Positions 13,083 to 24,212 of a stretch of 36,938 nucleotides of DNA are shown here, piece after piece. The first letter of the stretch is position 1, and each line of letters begins with the position of its first letter. Where the stretch lies: the NCBI RefSeq assembly GCF_001194135.2, contig NC_068992.1, forward strand, positions 23,919,095-23,956,032, in the 5' to 3' direction. Source of the DNA: Octopus bimaculoides. Lineage: Eukaryota. The position numbers were made by a program, and so were the translations under genes. The notes under the pieces are model-generated. The model ran no database searches, was not told where the DNA came from, and worked only from the letters and a program-made list of their open reading frames with translations.

Positions 13083-14662
13083 ACAGTAATTGATATATTA
13101 AAACACAATTTGTAACTCGTATTACATGTTTAGCATAGATATACATTTTAAATACCATATACATGTAATATTTGGCAACTAATTCCTTAAATAAATGCAG
13201 GTGAGTTATACAATGAGAAAGAATATGCAGGTACGCATTTCTGCAATAAGGAGATACAAAGGGAAACCACATGACTACAAAAACAGGGTAGTGCAAGATA
13301 TTATTAAGTAATATANNNNNNNNNNNNNNNNNNNNNNNNNNNNNNNNNNNNNNNNNNNNNNNNNNNNNNNNNNNNNNNNNNNNNNNNNNNNNNNNNNNNN
13401 NNNNNNNNNNNNNNNNNNNNNNNNNNNNNNNNNNNNNNNNNNNNNNNNNNNNNNNNNNNNNNNNNNNNNNNNNNNNNNNNNNNNNNNNNNNNNNNNNNNN
13501 NNNNNNNNNNNNNNNNNNNNNNNNNNNNNNNNNNNNNNNNNNNNNNNNNNNNNNNNNNNNNNNNNNNNNNNNNNNNNNNNNNNNNNNNNNNNNNNNNNNN
13601 NNNNNNNNNNNNNNNNNNNNNNNNNNNNNNNNNNNNNNNNNNNNNNNNNNNNNNNNNNNNNNNNNNNNNNNNNNNNNNNNNNNNNNNNNNNNNNNNNNNN
13701 NNNNNNNNNNNNNNNNNNNNNNNNNNNNNNNNNNNNNNNNNNNNNNNNNNNNNNNNNNNNNNNNNNNNNNNNNNNNNNNNNNNNNNNNNNNNNNNNNNNN
13801 NNNNNNNNNNNNNNNNNNNNNNNNNNNNNNNNNNNNNNNNNNNNNNNNNNNNNNNNNNNNNNNNNNNNNNNNNNNNNNNNNNNNNNNNNNNNNNNNNNNN
13901 NNNNNNNNNNNNNNNNNNNNNNNNNNNNNNNNNNNNNNNNNNNNNNNNNNNNNNNNNNNNNNNNNNNNNNNNNNNNNNNNNNNNNNNNNNNNNNNNNNNN
14001 NNNNNNNNNNNNNNNNNNNNNNNNNNNNNNNNNNNNNNNNNNNNNNNNNNNNNNNNNNNNNNNNNNNNNNNNNNNNNNNNNNNNNNNNNNNNNNNNNNNN
14101 NNNNNNNNNNNNNNNNNNNNNNNNNNNNNNNNNNNNNNNNNNNNNNNNNNNNNNNATATAATCTACACCACACATACAAACAAGCACACACACACACACA
14201 CACATACATACACACACTCGTTTATATACGTATGTGAGTGTCTGTAAAATAGTATGTTAATATATATACAAGATATGAATAAAACCCTAGCTTCTCAGAA
14301 AATATGAGATTTAGCCGCCAGCATTTTTTCAACTATGAACGCTAAATATTTGTGTTAAGACCATTTTGCGTAATAGATTTTGTTTCTGAGTTTACAGTTC
14401 TTCTTACATGGCTACGTTCTATCTCCGTTGCAAAAAAAAACTGAACGAGTGACTATAATTATTTTGTTCCCGGACAAGTAAGAGATTTAGTTTATTTTAT
14501 ATAATAATTTTTGTAGCATTTCTGAAGATTATGTAACGCTCTCAGATACTGGCACATTAATCCTATTACAAACACATGCATACTTACAAACATATACGTC
14601 TACATATATATGTATGTGTGTCTGTACACACATACATGTATATATATATATATGTGTGTGTT

Positions 14663-14696
<34 letters not shown>

Positions 14697-15455
14697 CATA
14701 CATGTATACATATATACACATGCATGCGTGTACTTGTTTGTATATTGCTATATATGTCTATGTATATATAAATATATATATATACTCTTGTGTGTGTGTG
14801 TGTATTAATCTGCACATGTATATGCATGTGTATACATTAACATACACAGATACACTTGTACATATACGTATATGTACATACACTTTTGCAGTCGTAAACA
14901 TGGAAGTAGATGTGTTTATGTGTACGCGCGCTTGTGTGTAAGATGTTATTGTCTCGTAACTTCTGCAAATAACACTAACTTGTCGAATGAGAAATATGGT
15001 TGTCTTCTCCATTTGTGAAATAACAATTTTTTTTTTACGACAGTCTTTCAAAAGTAGAGGTAAAGCAACATTTTTGCTTATAAACTTATTCTCCAGCACC
15101 AAAACTTAAAACAGACATCTATCTTGATATAAAAAGTAAACTTGAGTAGTAAAAGTGTAAAATATGCACAGAGAGGATTCAAAAGAATGTGAGAAGAATT
15201 GTAAGATAAAAATGATGTACGTGAGGTATTCTGAAGAACAATAAAGCGTCTTTATGTTTATTCTATTTGTTTTAATCTTATTAGTGCCATACATTCCGGA
15301 ATACAGAATGAACGTAGTGTATAGTTTGGTATGAATATAAGAGGTAGAATTAGGCCGTTAAATATTGTGTAAGTCTGGTGAAGCTATTCGCAAGAGCTGG
15401 TTTTCTTTGTATTTATAAAATACGTGCTGAGCATTTTTGGACCGAATATGATAGC

Positions 15456-15511
<56 letters not shown>

Positions 15512-15693
15512 NNNNNNNNNNNNNNNNNNNNNNNNNNNNNNNNNNNNNNNNNNNNNNNNNNNNNNNNNNNNNNNNNNNNNNNNNNNNNNNNNNNNNNNNN
15601 NNNNNNNNNNNNNNNNNNNNNNNNNNNNNNNNNNNNNNNNNNNNNNNNNNNNNNNNNNNNNNNNNNNNNTATATATATATATATATATATATA

Positions 15694-16586
15694 TTCGATC
15701 TGATCAATAAGTATTCGAATCGGTGCCATAGAAACGAAGCTAAAGCACGCAGAGTGAAGCCTCTTCAGAAAGATTGACTTTGAACTGTGTTGTGCATGTA
15801 CACAGAGTTTTAACGATCTAGCTCTCTCCCGCTCTTTACAGCAGTGCTTGGAAGGAAGGTGTGTAGGATATAATCATCAGATTGACCATGACAGAGAAAG
15901 CTGAACAGAGAATCTGCATCAAATTTTGCCAAGAGCTTGGCGATGCCTGCTCAGAGATCTACGCAAAGTTTTCAAAAATTTTCATCGTTCTCGACACCAC
16001 CAAGGAGATTTTGTGCAACTGAAACCAGAATGTCGTTTTGGTCAGCTGAAAGCTGTTTCGGCACAAACTTGACAGACGAGGGACTCAAACCCAAACCTCC
16101 AGTGATAATGGACTGAACTGATCCGTAACTAATCTGCACATCCTCTGATAACTCACGGATGGTGATTCAACGATTTCTTCTCACAGCTGCGCGCACATCT
16201 GCGATGTTTTTCTCAGTTTTGCTGGTTGTGGGTCTCCCAGAACGTTCATCATTATCGACATTTTTCGGACATCTTGGAAACTTCTGAACCCCTCCTCAAC
16301 TTGTGTACGACTCATACACTGCTGTCCATATACTTTCTGCAACCTTGCGTAGGCCTCTGAACAGGTATTGCCATGACAATTTTCTCTGTTATGGTCAATG
16401 TGACGATAACACATTACACACGTGACTTCCAAGCACTGCTGTAAAGAGCGAAAGTGAGCTACAACGTTAAAACTTAGTGCGCATGCACAGCAGAAATCAA
16501 GGTTACTCTGTGCTAAGCGGCTTTACTCTGTGTGCTTTAACTTCGTTACTTTGTCAACCGTCCGGATATTTATCGACCAGATATCG
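15694..16586. mobile_element. Mariner-derived non-autonomous element made of two inverted 5' ends
   Basis: Termini tcgatctgatcaataagtattcg and (rc) cgatatctggtcgataaatatccgg, flanked by TA. + strand 15888-15975 encodes MTEKAEQRICIKFCQELGDACSEIYAK. - strand 16375 to 15975 encodes GNTCSEAYARLQKVYGQQCMSRTQV..F..FQD/NVDNDERSGRPTTS...ITIRELSEDVQISYGSVQSII...VKFVPKQL (mariner HTH region and a WVPHEL-like motif). Confidence 0.9.
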
Positions 16587-16985
16587 TATACATGTACATG
16601 ATGGCCGCTTTAACGTTGTCGACTCGTACCGCGAGCACTCTCGAGACATCTCAGAATCGGTTGCGTATGGGAGCAACATGAGTGCGACTCTTCATGCCGG
16701 CAAGTGATGTAGACTCCTTGGAACAGATATCAAGAAAATCAAGTGCTATAAACAACAGGATCTACTTACAGCTCGTCATGCACTTTCGTTATGCCGTTTC
16801 AAGTCCCTGGTTGATCGGCAAACCCTGTCGAATTCACATTATGGTGTTATGCCGTGCATGGCGCAATCCAGGGCCTATGAAGATAATGGTGGAAGTGATA
16901 GTGCTGAGTGCTGTTTTTGAACCCCACTTCGGCCCTGATCAAGTACGCTTGCCACCAATGTTATTTCAATCCCCACGTTGTATAT

Positions 16986-17100
16986 GTCACGGTCATATGG
17001 CGTAGTTGTTAAGAGCGCGGGCTACTAACCCAAGATTCCGAGTTCGATCCCAGGCAGTGACTTGAATAATGATAATGATAATAACAACAACAACAACAAC

Positions 17101-17143
<43 letters not shown>

Positions 17144-17280
17144 TCGAAAAATACCTTAGTAATGTGAAACCAGGTTCGAAATTTCCCCAAGACACCTGAT
17201 AAAGACTGGAGGGTATATCAGCCGGAACGTTGTTAACAAACAAAATGAGGACAAATATCTATCAAATGTAAATAATATAA
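16986..17280 (+). mobile_element. tRNA-headed SINE (family D) with internal (AAT/AAC)n and a hammerhead-derived 3' tail
   Basis: tRNA-like head 16986-17061 (GTCAC...GTGAC ends, A-box tggcgtagttg, B-box gagttcgatcc); microsatellite ~17066-17140; tail CTGATAA-A-GACTG-loop-CAGCC-GGAA-CGT-T at 17196-17231. Confidence 0.8.
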
Positions 17281-17490
17281 ATAATGCCGACCTTGTATGT
17301 AGAGCAATATTAAGTGATGGATAGATTCTTTAATTAAGAGAGTAGACTGAAATTTGATAAAGATCTCACTGTTATTTTTAACAGATTGCGTGATCACGTT
17401 AAATTTCACTCATAGCCATGTTGAATCTAATAACTATATGATGAAGATTTTCACCTATTTCATGTCAATGGTGATCTCATCAATATAGAT

Positions 17491-17690
17491 TTCAAATTTT
17501 GGTACAAGACCAGCAGTTTGGGTTGAGGGAATAAGTTGACCTCAGTGTTCAACTGGTACCTATTTTATCGACCCCCAAAAGGAGGAAAAGCAAAATCGAC
17601 CCGGCGGAATTAGACTCAACATGTAAAGACGGACAAAATGCCGCTATTTTTTCCGGTGAGCTACCTAACGTGCCAGATCGCTGCCTTATG
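17491..17690 (-). mobile_element. SINE family C, degenerate copy
   Basis: The reverse complement contains gtcgattttgcttttcctccttttgggggtcgataaaataggtaccagt. Confidence 0.75.
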
Positions 17691-18195
17691 GCAGCAACAA
17701 CACACAGATGACGAAGTTAATAATGACGATAATATTGACANNNNNNNNNNNNNNNNNNNNNNNNNNNNNNNNNNNNNNNNNNNNNNNNNNNNNNNNNNNN
17801 NNNNNNNNNNNNNNNNNNNNNNNNNNNNNNNNNNNNNNNNNNNNNNNNNNNNNNNNNNNNNNNNNNNNNNNNNNNNNNNNNNNNNNNNNNNNNNNNNNNN
17901 NNNNNNNNNNNNNNNNNNNNNNNNNNNNNNNNNNNNNNNNNNNNNNNNNNNNNNNNNNNNNNNNNNNNNNNNNNNNNNNNNNNNNNNNNNNNNNNNNNNN
18001 NNNNNNNNNNNNNNNNNNNNNNNNNNNNNNNNNNNNNNNNNNNNNNNNNNNNNNNNNNNNNNNNNNNNNNNNNNNNNNNNNNNNNNNNNNNNNNNNNNNN
18101 NNNNNNNNNNNNNNNNNNNNNNNNNNNNNNNNNNNNNNNNNNNNNNNNNNNNNNNNNNNNNNNNNNNNNNNNNNNNNNNNNNNNNNNNNNNNNNN

Positions 18196-18345
18196 AAAGA
18201 GGAGGAGGAGAAAGAGGAGGAGGTGGGGAGGAGGAGATCTGAAAAAGAAGGAGGGGCTGCCATTGTCATCACTGACGACGATGACGACTATGACGATGAC
18301 GATGATGATGATCAAGAGATAGCCACGACAACAACGACGACGATG
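18196..18345. repeat. Degenerate (GAG)n/(GAC/GAT)n trinucleotide block
   Basis: Directly visible next to a gap. Confidence 0.85.
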
Positions 18346-19050
18346 ATGAAAGGAAATGGAAGAGCTTTTATAAGCTCGTATAGTATTCACCATTAAAACA
18401 ACGGATCACTCACTCACACAGACATTGTTCGGCAAATGAACAGCGCAAGTGAAATAAAGGTCAGCGGATGGTGTGGGTGGGGGGGAAATCAATAATCAAT
18501 AACTGGAGATAATATCAGGATGATTTCTCGATGAAAATCCTTAGTCAGAATGTATTTCAACGGTAACCAAGGTTAACATCTAGACATATATACATTCGAA
18601 GAAACTGGCATTTCTTGGAAAGGATGAGATATGAGAACATTTTTAGATAATAGAAATCTTGGGGATTCTTCCGCAAACACACCACTCTAGTCGTGACTCA
18701 TAGAACGTTCTATGCAAAACCCTGAAATCGGGAGGGTATTTTGGTTTGCCAAAATGGCGTGAGGTCATTACGGAGATGTGCCGATCAAACTCAGCTGAAG
18801 TGGTAGTATTTAGAATCGTTTTATCGAGGAAATGTAATGGAGTTTTCCTGAGACTGACCTTTATCTGCTGATCCTTGCCCTTTATGTCAGGTGGCGGACA
18901 TCGTTTAAATTTCGGAACGGTGCTGGGTAAAGCCGTTGGCTTGCTGATTATTATGCGCCATTTTATGTACGATATCTAAGTACGAATATGAATATATTTG
19001 CATTCATTTCCACGTATACACAACCACACACATAATATATGTGTGTGTGT

Positions 19051-19104
<54 letters not shown>

Positions 19105-19107
<3 letters not shown>

Positions 19108-19409
19108 TGTATTCGCATGTAAGTATGAATGTATTCACATAATGTAAATATATATATATATGTATGTATATGTATTCATATATAAGTATGCATGTATTCA
19201 CATAATGCAAATATATATATATATGTATGNNNNNNNNNNNNNNNNNNNNNNNNNNNNNNNNNNNNNNNNNNNNNNNNNNNNNNNNNNNNNNNNNNNNNNN
19301 NNNNNNNNNNNNNNNNNNNNNNNNNNNNNNNNNNNNTTACATTATATGAATACGTTCATACTTATATATGAATACACATATATAAGTATGCATGTATTCA
19401 CATAATGTA

Positions 19410-19455
<46 letters not shown>

Positions 19456-19487
19456 CATTATGTGAAATCATGCACACTTATATATGA

Positions 19488-19500
<13 letters not shown>
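19105..19500. repeat. AT-rich minisatellite (~60 bp unit) in mixed orientation
   Basis: The unit aagtatgcatgtattcacataatgtaaa recurs at about 19120, 19183 and 19383; inverted copies ...acattat(a/g)tgaa...acttatatatgaatacacata at about 19338 and 19455. Confidence 0.75.
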
Positions 19501-19535
<35 letters not shown>

Positions 19536-20182
19536 TATGTATGGGTGTGTGTGTGTGTGAAACGTTGATGTGAATGCAAAATGGCAGAGGATTCATAAAG
19601 ACGTAGTTAGCGTAGAAATGTACTTTAAAAAGCCTGATATAGAACAGATAGATTACATGTACTTATCTAACTCTACATATATGTTCGTTATCTTACTTTT
19701 TTCAATTTTCCGAATTATTCCCAAGACGATGACGCTAGTTTCTTACAAATTGCTAAGCCACATCGCAGCAGACTAAATGACGAAAGCAATATGCGTTATT
19801 ATTCCGCATACAAGTTTATTGTCTGCTTGAAAACTGAAGGTTTCTCGAAACTGTCATTGAAATATTTACTAGCGTAGCAGAGTGCACTAGTAATTAAGCG
19901 TATTAACACGAACTATATAATCCGCGTGAACGTGTTTGAAGTTTCAAAGTTGGTGTCTGTAGATGTTCTGTTTTTTTAGATGTGTAGAAAAACTGACCTC
20001 CATGGCCGCACATAAATCTTTGTTTTCTTTTTTTCCGATCAACTAGAACGCGCTCTTTCATTTATACTTGCATTTAGCGGAAGATATGATGCTTATTTGT
20101 GGATATTTAATAGGAATTGCTAATTAAGAGGAGAGGGTGCTGCCTAAGGGAAGAGAATCTCTTTGAAGTTTATTTTTCTTAT

Positions 20183-20389
20183 ATTCTTATATTCTTTTAT
20201 TTGTTTCAATCATTTGACTGCGGCCATGCTGGAGCACCGCTTTTAGTCGAACACATTGCCCTCTGACCTTATTCTTTGTAAGCCTAGTACTTATTCTATC
20301 GGTCTCCTTTTGCCGAACAACTAGGTTACGGCGAGGTAAACACACCAGCATCGGTCTTCAAGCGATGTTGGGGGGGGGGACATACTCAT

Positions 20390-20461
<72 letters not shown>

Positions 20462-20614
20462 GACGGGCTTCTTTCAGTTCCGTCTACCAAATTCACGCAC
20501 AAAGTTTTGGTGGGCCCGAGGTAATAGTAGAAGATACTTGCCCTAGGTGCCACGCAGTGCGACTGAATCCGGAACCATGTGATTGGTAAGGAAGCTACTT
20601 ACCACACAACCACT
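20183..20614 (-). mobile_element. SINE family B, full-length bipartite copy with internal microsatellite
   Basis: Minus strand: tRNA-like head (20614-20461), (TA)n(TG)n, then a 3' module ending gctccagcatggccgcagtcaaatgattgaaacaaataaaaga. Same architecture as 23291-23685. Confidence 0.9.
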
Positions 20615-21128
20615 GAGAATTTATTATCAAAGAGTGAAAAGAAATACATATATTTCCATATAATTATTTTATTAATGTCTCTAGTAGCCGTGGATAGTGC
20701 CATTTCTTTCTCATTCTGGTCTAATCAGCACGATATTTTAAGATGAATTAATTTACATTCTTAGCAATGCCCTAGTAATACACAGCAGTGTACCTTGTGG
20801 TAATAGATTTGTATATACTTGGAAGGTGAAATAATTTTTATGTTTAACCCACGGCTTTCCTACAAATGTCATTATATATTAATTTCGCAACATTACACCT
20901 CGTTTAGCATTTTCTCGTTAACTACTGAACAACCCGTAACATCCACAGGAATGTGTCATAACTGATATTTTCATTTTTAACTTCGCCGTGAACGTCTTCA
21001 CTACCTGTTTGGTTCGTTCTGTATATTCTACTTATTGCTTTGTCTTGATTTCAAAAGAATTACATTCGAAACATGATGTGATACGACTGTCCAGGATTCT
21101 ATTTTATGCTGATATTTTTGTCATCTTA

Positions 21129-21362
21129 AGGCGGTGAGCAGTCAGAAATGTTAGCACGCCGGGTGAAATGCTTAGCGGTATTTCGTCTGCCGTTTCGTTC
21201 TGAGTTCAAATTCTGCCGCGATCGACTTTGCCTTTCATTCTTTCGGGGTCGATAAATTAAGTACCAGTTACGCAGTGGGGTTGATGTAATCGACTTTATC
21301 TCTTTGTCTGTCCTTGTTTGTCCCCTCTATGTTTAGCCCCTTGTGGGCAATAAACAATTAAG
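21129..21362 (+). mobile_element. SINE family C, full-length copy
   Basis: Head ggcggtgagcagtcagaaatgttagcacgccgg, B-box-like gagttcaaattc, central gactttgcctttcattctttcggggtcgataaattaagtaccag, tail gtttagccccttgtgggcaataaa. Confidence 0.9.
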
Positions 21363-21366
21363 AAAC

Positions 21367-21495
21367 GAGGTCGACTTTGCCTTTCATCATTTCGGGGTCG
21401 ATAAATTAAGTTCCAGTTGCGTACTGAGGTCGGTCTAATCGACTGGACCCTTCCCCCAAAATTTCGAGCCGTGCGCCTAGAATAGAAAAGGATAC
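21367..21495 (+). mobile_element. SINE family C, 5'-truncated copy with the variant tail
   Basis: Starts gaggtcgactttgcctttcatc; tail aaaatttcgagccgtgcgcctagaatagaaaag. Confidence 0.85.
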
Positions 21496-21507
21496 TTGCG
21501 TCGTATT

Positions 21508-21726
21508 ACGGCGGCGAGCTGGCAGCAACGTTAGTACGCCGGGAGAAATGCTTAGCGGTATTTCGTCTGTCTTTACTTTCCGAGTTCAAATTCCGCTGAG
21601 GTCGACTATGCCTTTCATCCATTCGGGGTCGATAAATTAAGTACCAGTTGCGTACTGGGGTCGATATAATCGACTGGCTCCTTACCAAAAAATTTCGGGC
21701 CTTGTGCCAGAGTAGAAAAAGTTATT
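21508..21726 (+). mobile_element. SINE family C, full-length copy with the variant tail
   Basis: ggcggcgagctggcagcaacgttagtacgccgg...gtcgataaattaagtaccag...aaaatttcgggccttgtgccagagtagaaaaag. Confidence 0.9.
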
Positions 21727-21799
21727 TGCGTCATCTTCAGGTCGAAAAAGACTTCTCTATGCATAAGGCGTTTTTGATATGTTACTGCTTTTAGGTAGG

Positions 21800-21975
21800 G
21801 AAACGCTGAGCGTTTATTTCCCTGTATTTGTTCATATGTATGCTCGTCCAACAATTTTCGGTTACATGAGAAGTCATCTTCAGTATTCGCTACTACCCTG
21901 GATGATGTCGTTCTCTTCACCTTGAAATAATTGTTTGAGGTACTTAGCTCTGCTGATTTCGCTTAGTACTTACTG
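21800..21975 (-). pseudogene. Possible decayed fragment of a Penelope-type reverse transcriptase N-terminal region
   Basis: Minus strand reads EISRAKYLKQLFQGEENDII / VVANTEDDFSCNRKLLDEHTYEQI, which resembles from memory the L..L.....III.(PADKG)..VV.NT.DY......L.D..Y segment of PLE RTs. Short, frameshifted, and the ADKG motif is absent. Confidence 0.3.
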
Positions 21976-22128
21976 TCTGAGGGATATGTCCTAAGACACT
22001 CAAAAATTTTGTTTAGATTGATCATGAGTCTCCTCCCTCCTCGTTTCTAATGAGTATTGATCCAAATTTAGAAATAATAGATTTGTAAATCGCTAAGAGA
22101 GATGTATGCAGTAGTAATACGATGAAAG

Positions 22129-22459
22129 AGTTGCATGCTGCCAATTTAATGTGACAGTCCCCTGAAGGGAATAATACTATTGTTGGTTAAACCTAGGAAG
22201 GTGCACTGCTTCCTGTCGGCCTTGACGCATTTCCTATGTCGTTATGTTTACAAGGGGGAGACTGATGACGAGCAAAATCTCAGAAACATGTCTCTGGATG
22301 CAGACTTAGCTGGGTGGAGGTGCTTGTCTCCCCCTTGTGAACATAAGGACGCAGGAAATGTGTCAAGCCCAACAGGAAGCAGTGCAGCTTCCTAGGACTA
22401 ACCAACAGTAGTATTATTCCCTTCAGGGGACTGTCACATTAAGCTGACAGCATACGACT
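22129..22459. repeat. Foldback element: ~134 bp inverted arms around a 63 bp loop
   Basis: 22129-22262 aligns without gaps to the reverse complement of 22326-22459 (about 16 mismatches counted by eye). Confidence 0.95.
22259..22295 (+). ncRNA. Minimal type-I hammerhead ribozyme motif
   Basis: AGA-CTGATGA-C-GAG-CAAAAT-CTC-A-GAAA-CATGT-C-TCT: intact core, 3 bp stem II behind a C.A mismatch, palindromic ACATGT stem III, GUC site, 3 bp stem I AGA/TCT. Confidence 0.75.
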
Positions 22460-23290
22460 ACTTCAGGATTGATCCTATCTATTTCAGTGATTTCTATGAG
22501 AGCCCTACGTCGATGTCAGAATGTAGAGGGTTTTACTATCTCAGTACAGACTAGAGACAACGTACCAACATTTTGATATATCCACAAGTAATACATATTT
22601 ACTGTGGATTATTGTCTGAAAGAAAGTTCTGGCTGCAATACATTTTAAAGTCTGGTATAAAAGTCTTTCGTTAATGTATTTTTGTTGACAGCGGTAGTTT
22701 GTTGATACATTTTTGCCAATAGCTAAAGAAGAGCATCACTCGTGTGGAACATAGAAAAGAAAGATCATTTATGGAAAAATTTTACGTTGGAGAAAGCTTT
22801 TTTCGCGTTCACGAATCAGATATCAGTATATACTCTGGCCAAATGCCATTTCTATGACAGCTGAAAATGTTTTTACTAAATGCATCTGTTTCCCAGCAGC
22901 TTAAGCATTTTTAGTATAGAGGAGATCGCCAACAAACAAATTATGAATTGCAGTTGGAGACACTAACACGTAACAATCGAATTTTTCTTCTAAAAAACTC
23001 GACGAAAACGTCAGCTAAAATAAACGGACACAGACACAGATTATATTCTTGAAACATTCTCTTTGAACTACGTATAATAACGTACACGATTATTCCAGTT
23101 TCTGTTGGAAAAGTCAAGAGTATATGTAGATAGGTATGTAGCTGCATACATATGTTTGTGGACAAGCATGCATTTCATTGCATATGTGGATCTCATGTTT
23201 AGATACATGTATTTCTATTTATCCATTTTTCGTATATCTATACATGCGTTTAAATACTTTTTATTGACTAAACGGCTGGAACGTTTTACC

Positions 23291-23685
23291 TACTCTTTAC
23301 TCTTTTACTTGTTTCAGTAATTTGACTGTGGCCATGCTGGAGCACTGCCGTTAGTCGAGCAAATCGATTCCAGGACTTATTCTTTGTAAGCCTAGTACTT
23401 ATACTATCGTTTCTCTTTTGCCGAACCGCTAAGTTACGGGGACGTAAACACACCAGCATCGATTGTCAAACGATGTTGGTGGACAAACACAGACACACAA
23501 ACATACACACACACATACATATACATATATACGACGGGCTTCTTTCAGTTTCCGTCTACCAAATCCACTCACAAGGCTTTGGCCGGCCCGAGGCTATAGT
23601 AGAAGACACTTGCCCAAGGTGCCACGCAGTGGGACTGAACCCGGAACCATGTGGTTGGTAAGCAAGCTACTTACCACACAGACAC
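23291..23685 (-). mobile_element. SINE family B, full-length bipartite copy
   Basis: Same two modules as 20183-20614, separated by (CA)n(TA)n. Confidence 0.9.
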
Positions 23686-23882
23686 GTTTGTTACGTTAAT
23701 GCTTAGCAATTGAGAATTCTTAAATAACTACAATTTTATGAATATTAGCATCTCGAAGTAAAATACATTAGCGAAGGTGCAAAATATTAAGGAAAACATG
23801 TAATTCTTGAGTTCGGATAGAATATGATAGAATATATGTAGATATCTCAAAATTTCAGCATATGTCATATTTTTTTTAAAGC

Positions 23883-24190
23883 ACAGGTATGGTTGTGTGA
23901 CAAGAAATTTCCTTCCCAACCATATCGTTTTGAGTCGGTGTCTTCTACAACATCGGGGTATGGTGTATATGTACAAGTCTTGTAAATGGATTTAGTAGAC
24001 GGAAACAAACTGTGTTTGTATTTGTCCCCGCTTGACAATCGGTGTTGGTTTATTTACGTCTCCATAACTTAGTGTTTCGATAGAATAACTACCAAACTTA
24101 ATGATAAAAATACTCAGGAAGATGCATTCGAATAAAACCTCCAAAGCAGTGCCCCAGCATAGCCACATTTCAATTACTAGAACAACCAAC
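23883..24190 (+). mobile_element. SINE family B, old degenerate copy
   Basis: caggtatggttgtgtg...gtgtcttctac...ggatttagtagacggaaac...ttgtccccgcttgacaatcggtgttggt...gccccagcatagccaca. Confidence 0.7.
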
Positions 24191-24212
24191 ATATGAAGAG
24201 ACCAAAGATTGT

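Noticed and set aside
16600-16985. GC-richer stretch with the minus-strand peptide CEFDRVCRSTRDLKRH, like an RTE-LINE C-terminal zinc finger
   Set aside because: Single short motif missing a cysteine, with stops nearby and no RT sequence adjacent.
16986-17061. Functional tRNA gene (apparent anticodon ACT)
   Set aside because: The acceptor and D stems are imperfect, there is no long variable arm as expected for Ser, and it runs into a microsatellite and repeat tail; better explained as a SINE head.
18500-18960. Possible Gypsy integrase relic (QQANG...ILPLQL on the minus strand)
   Set aside because: The spacing does not fit the family pattern and the frames are full of stops.
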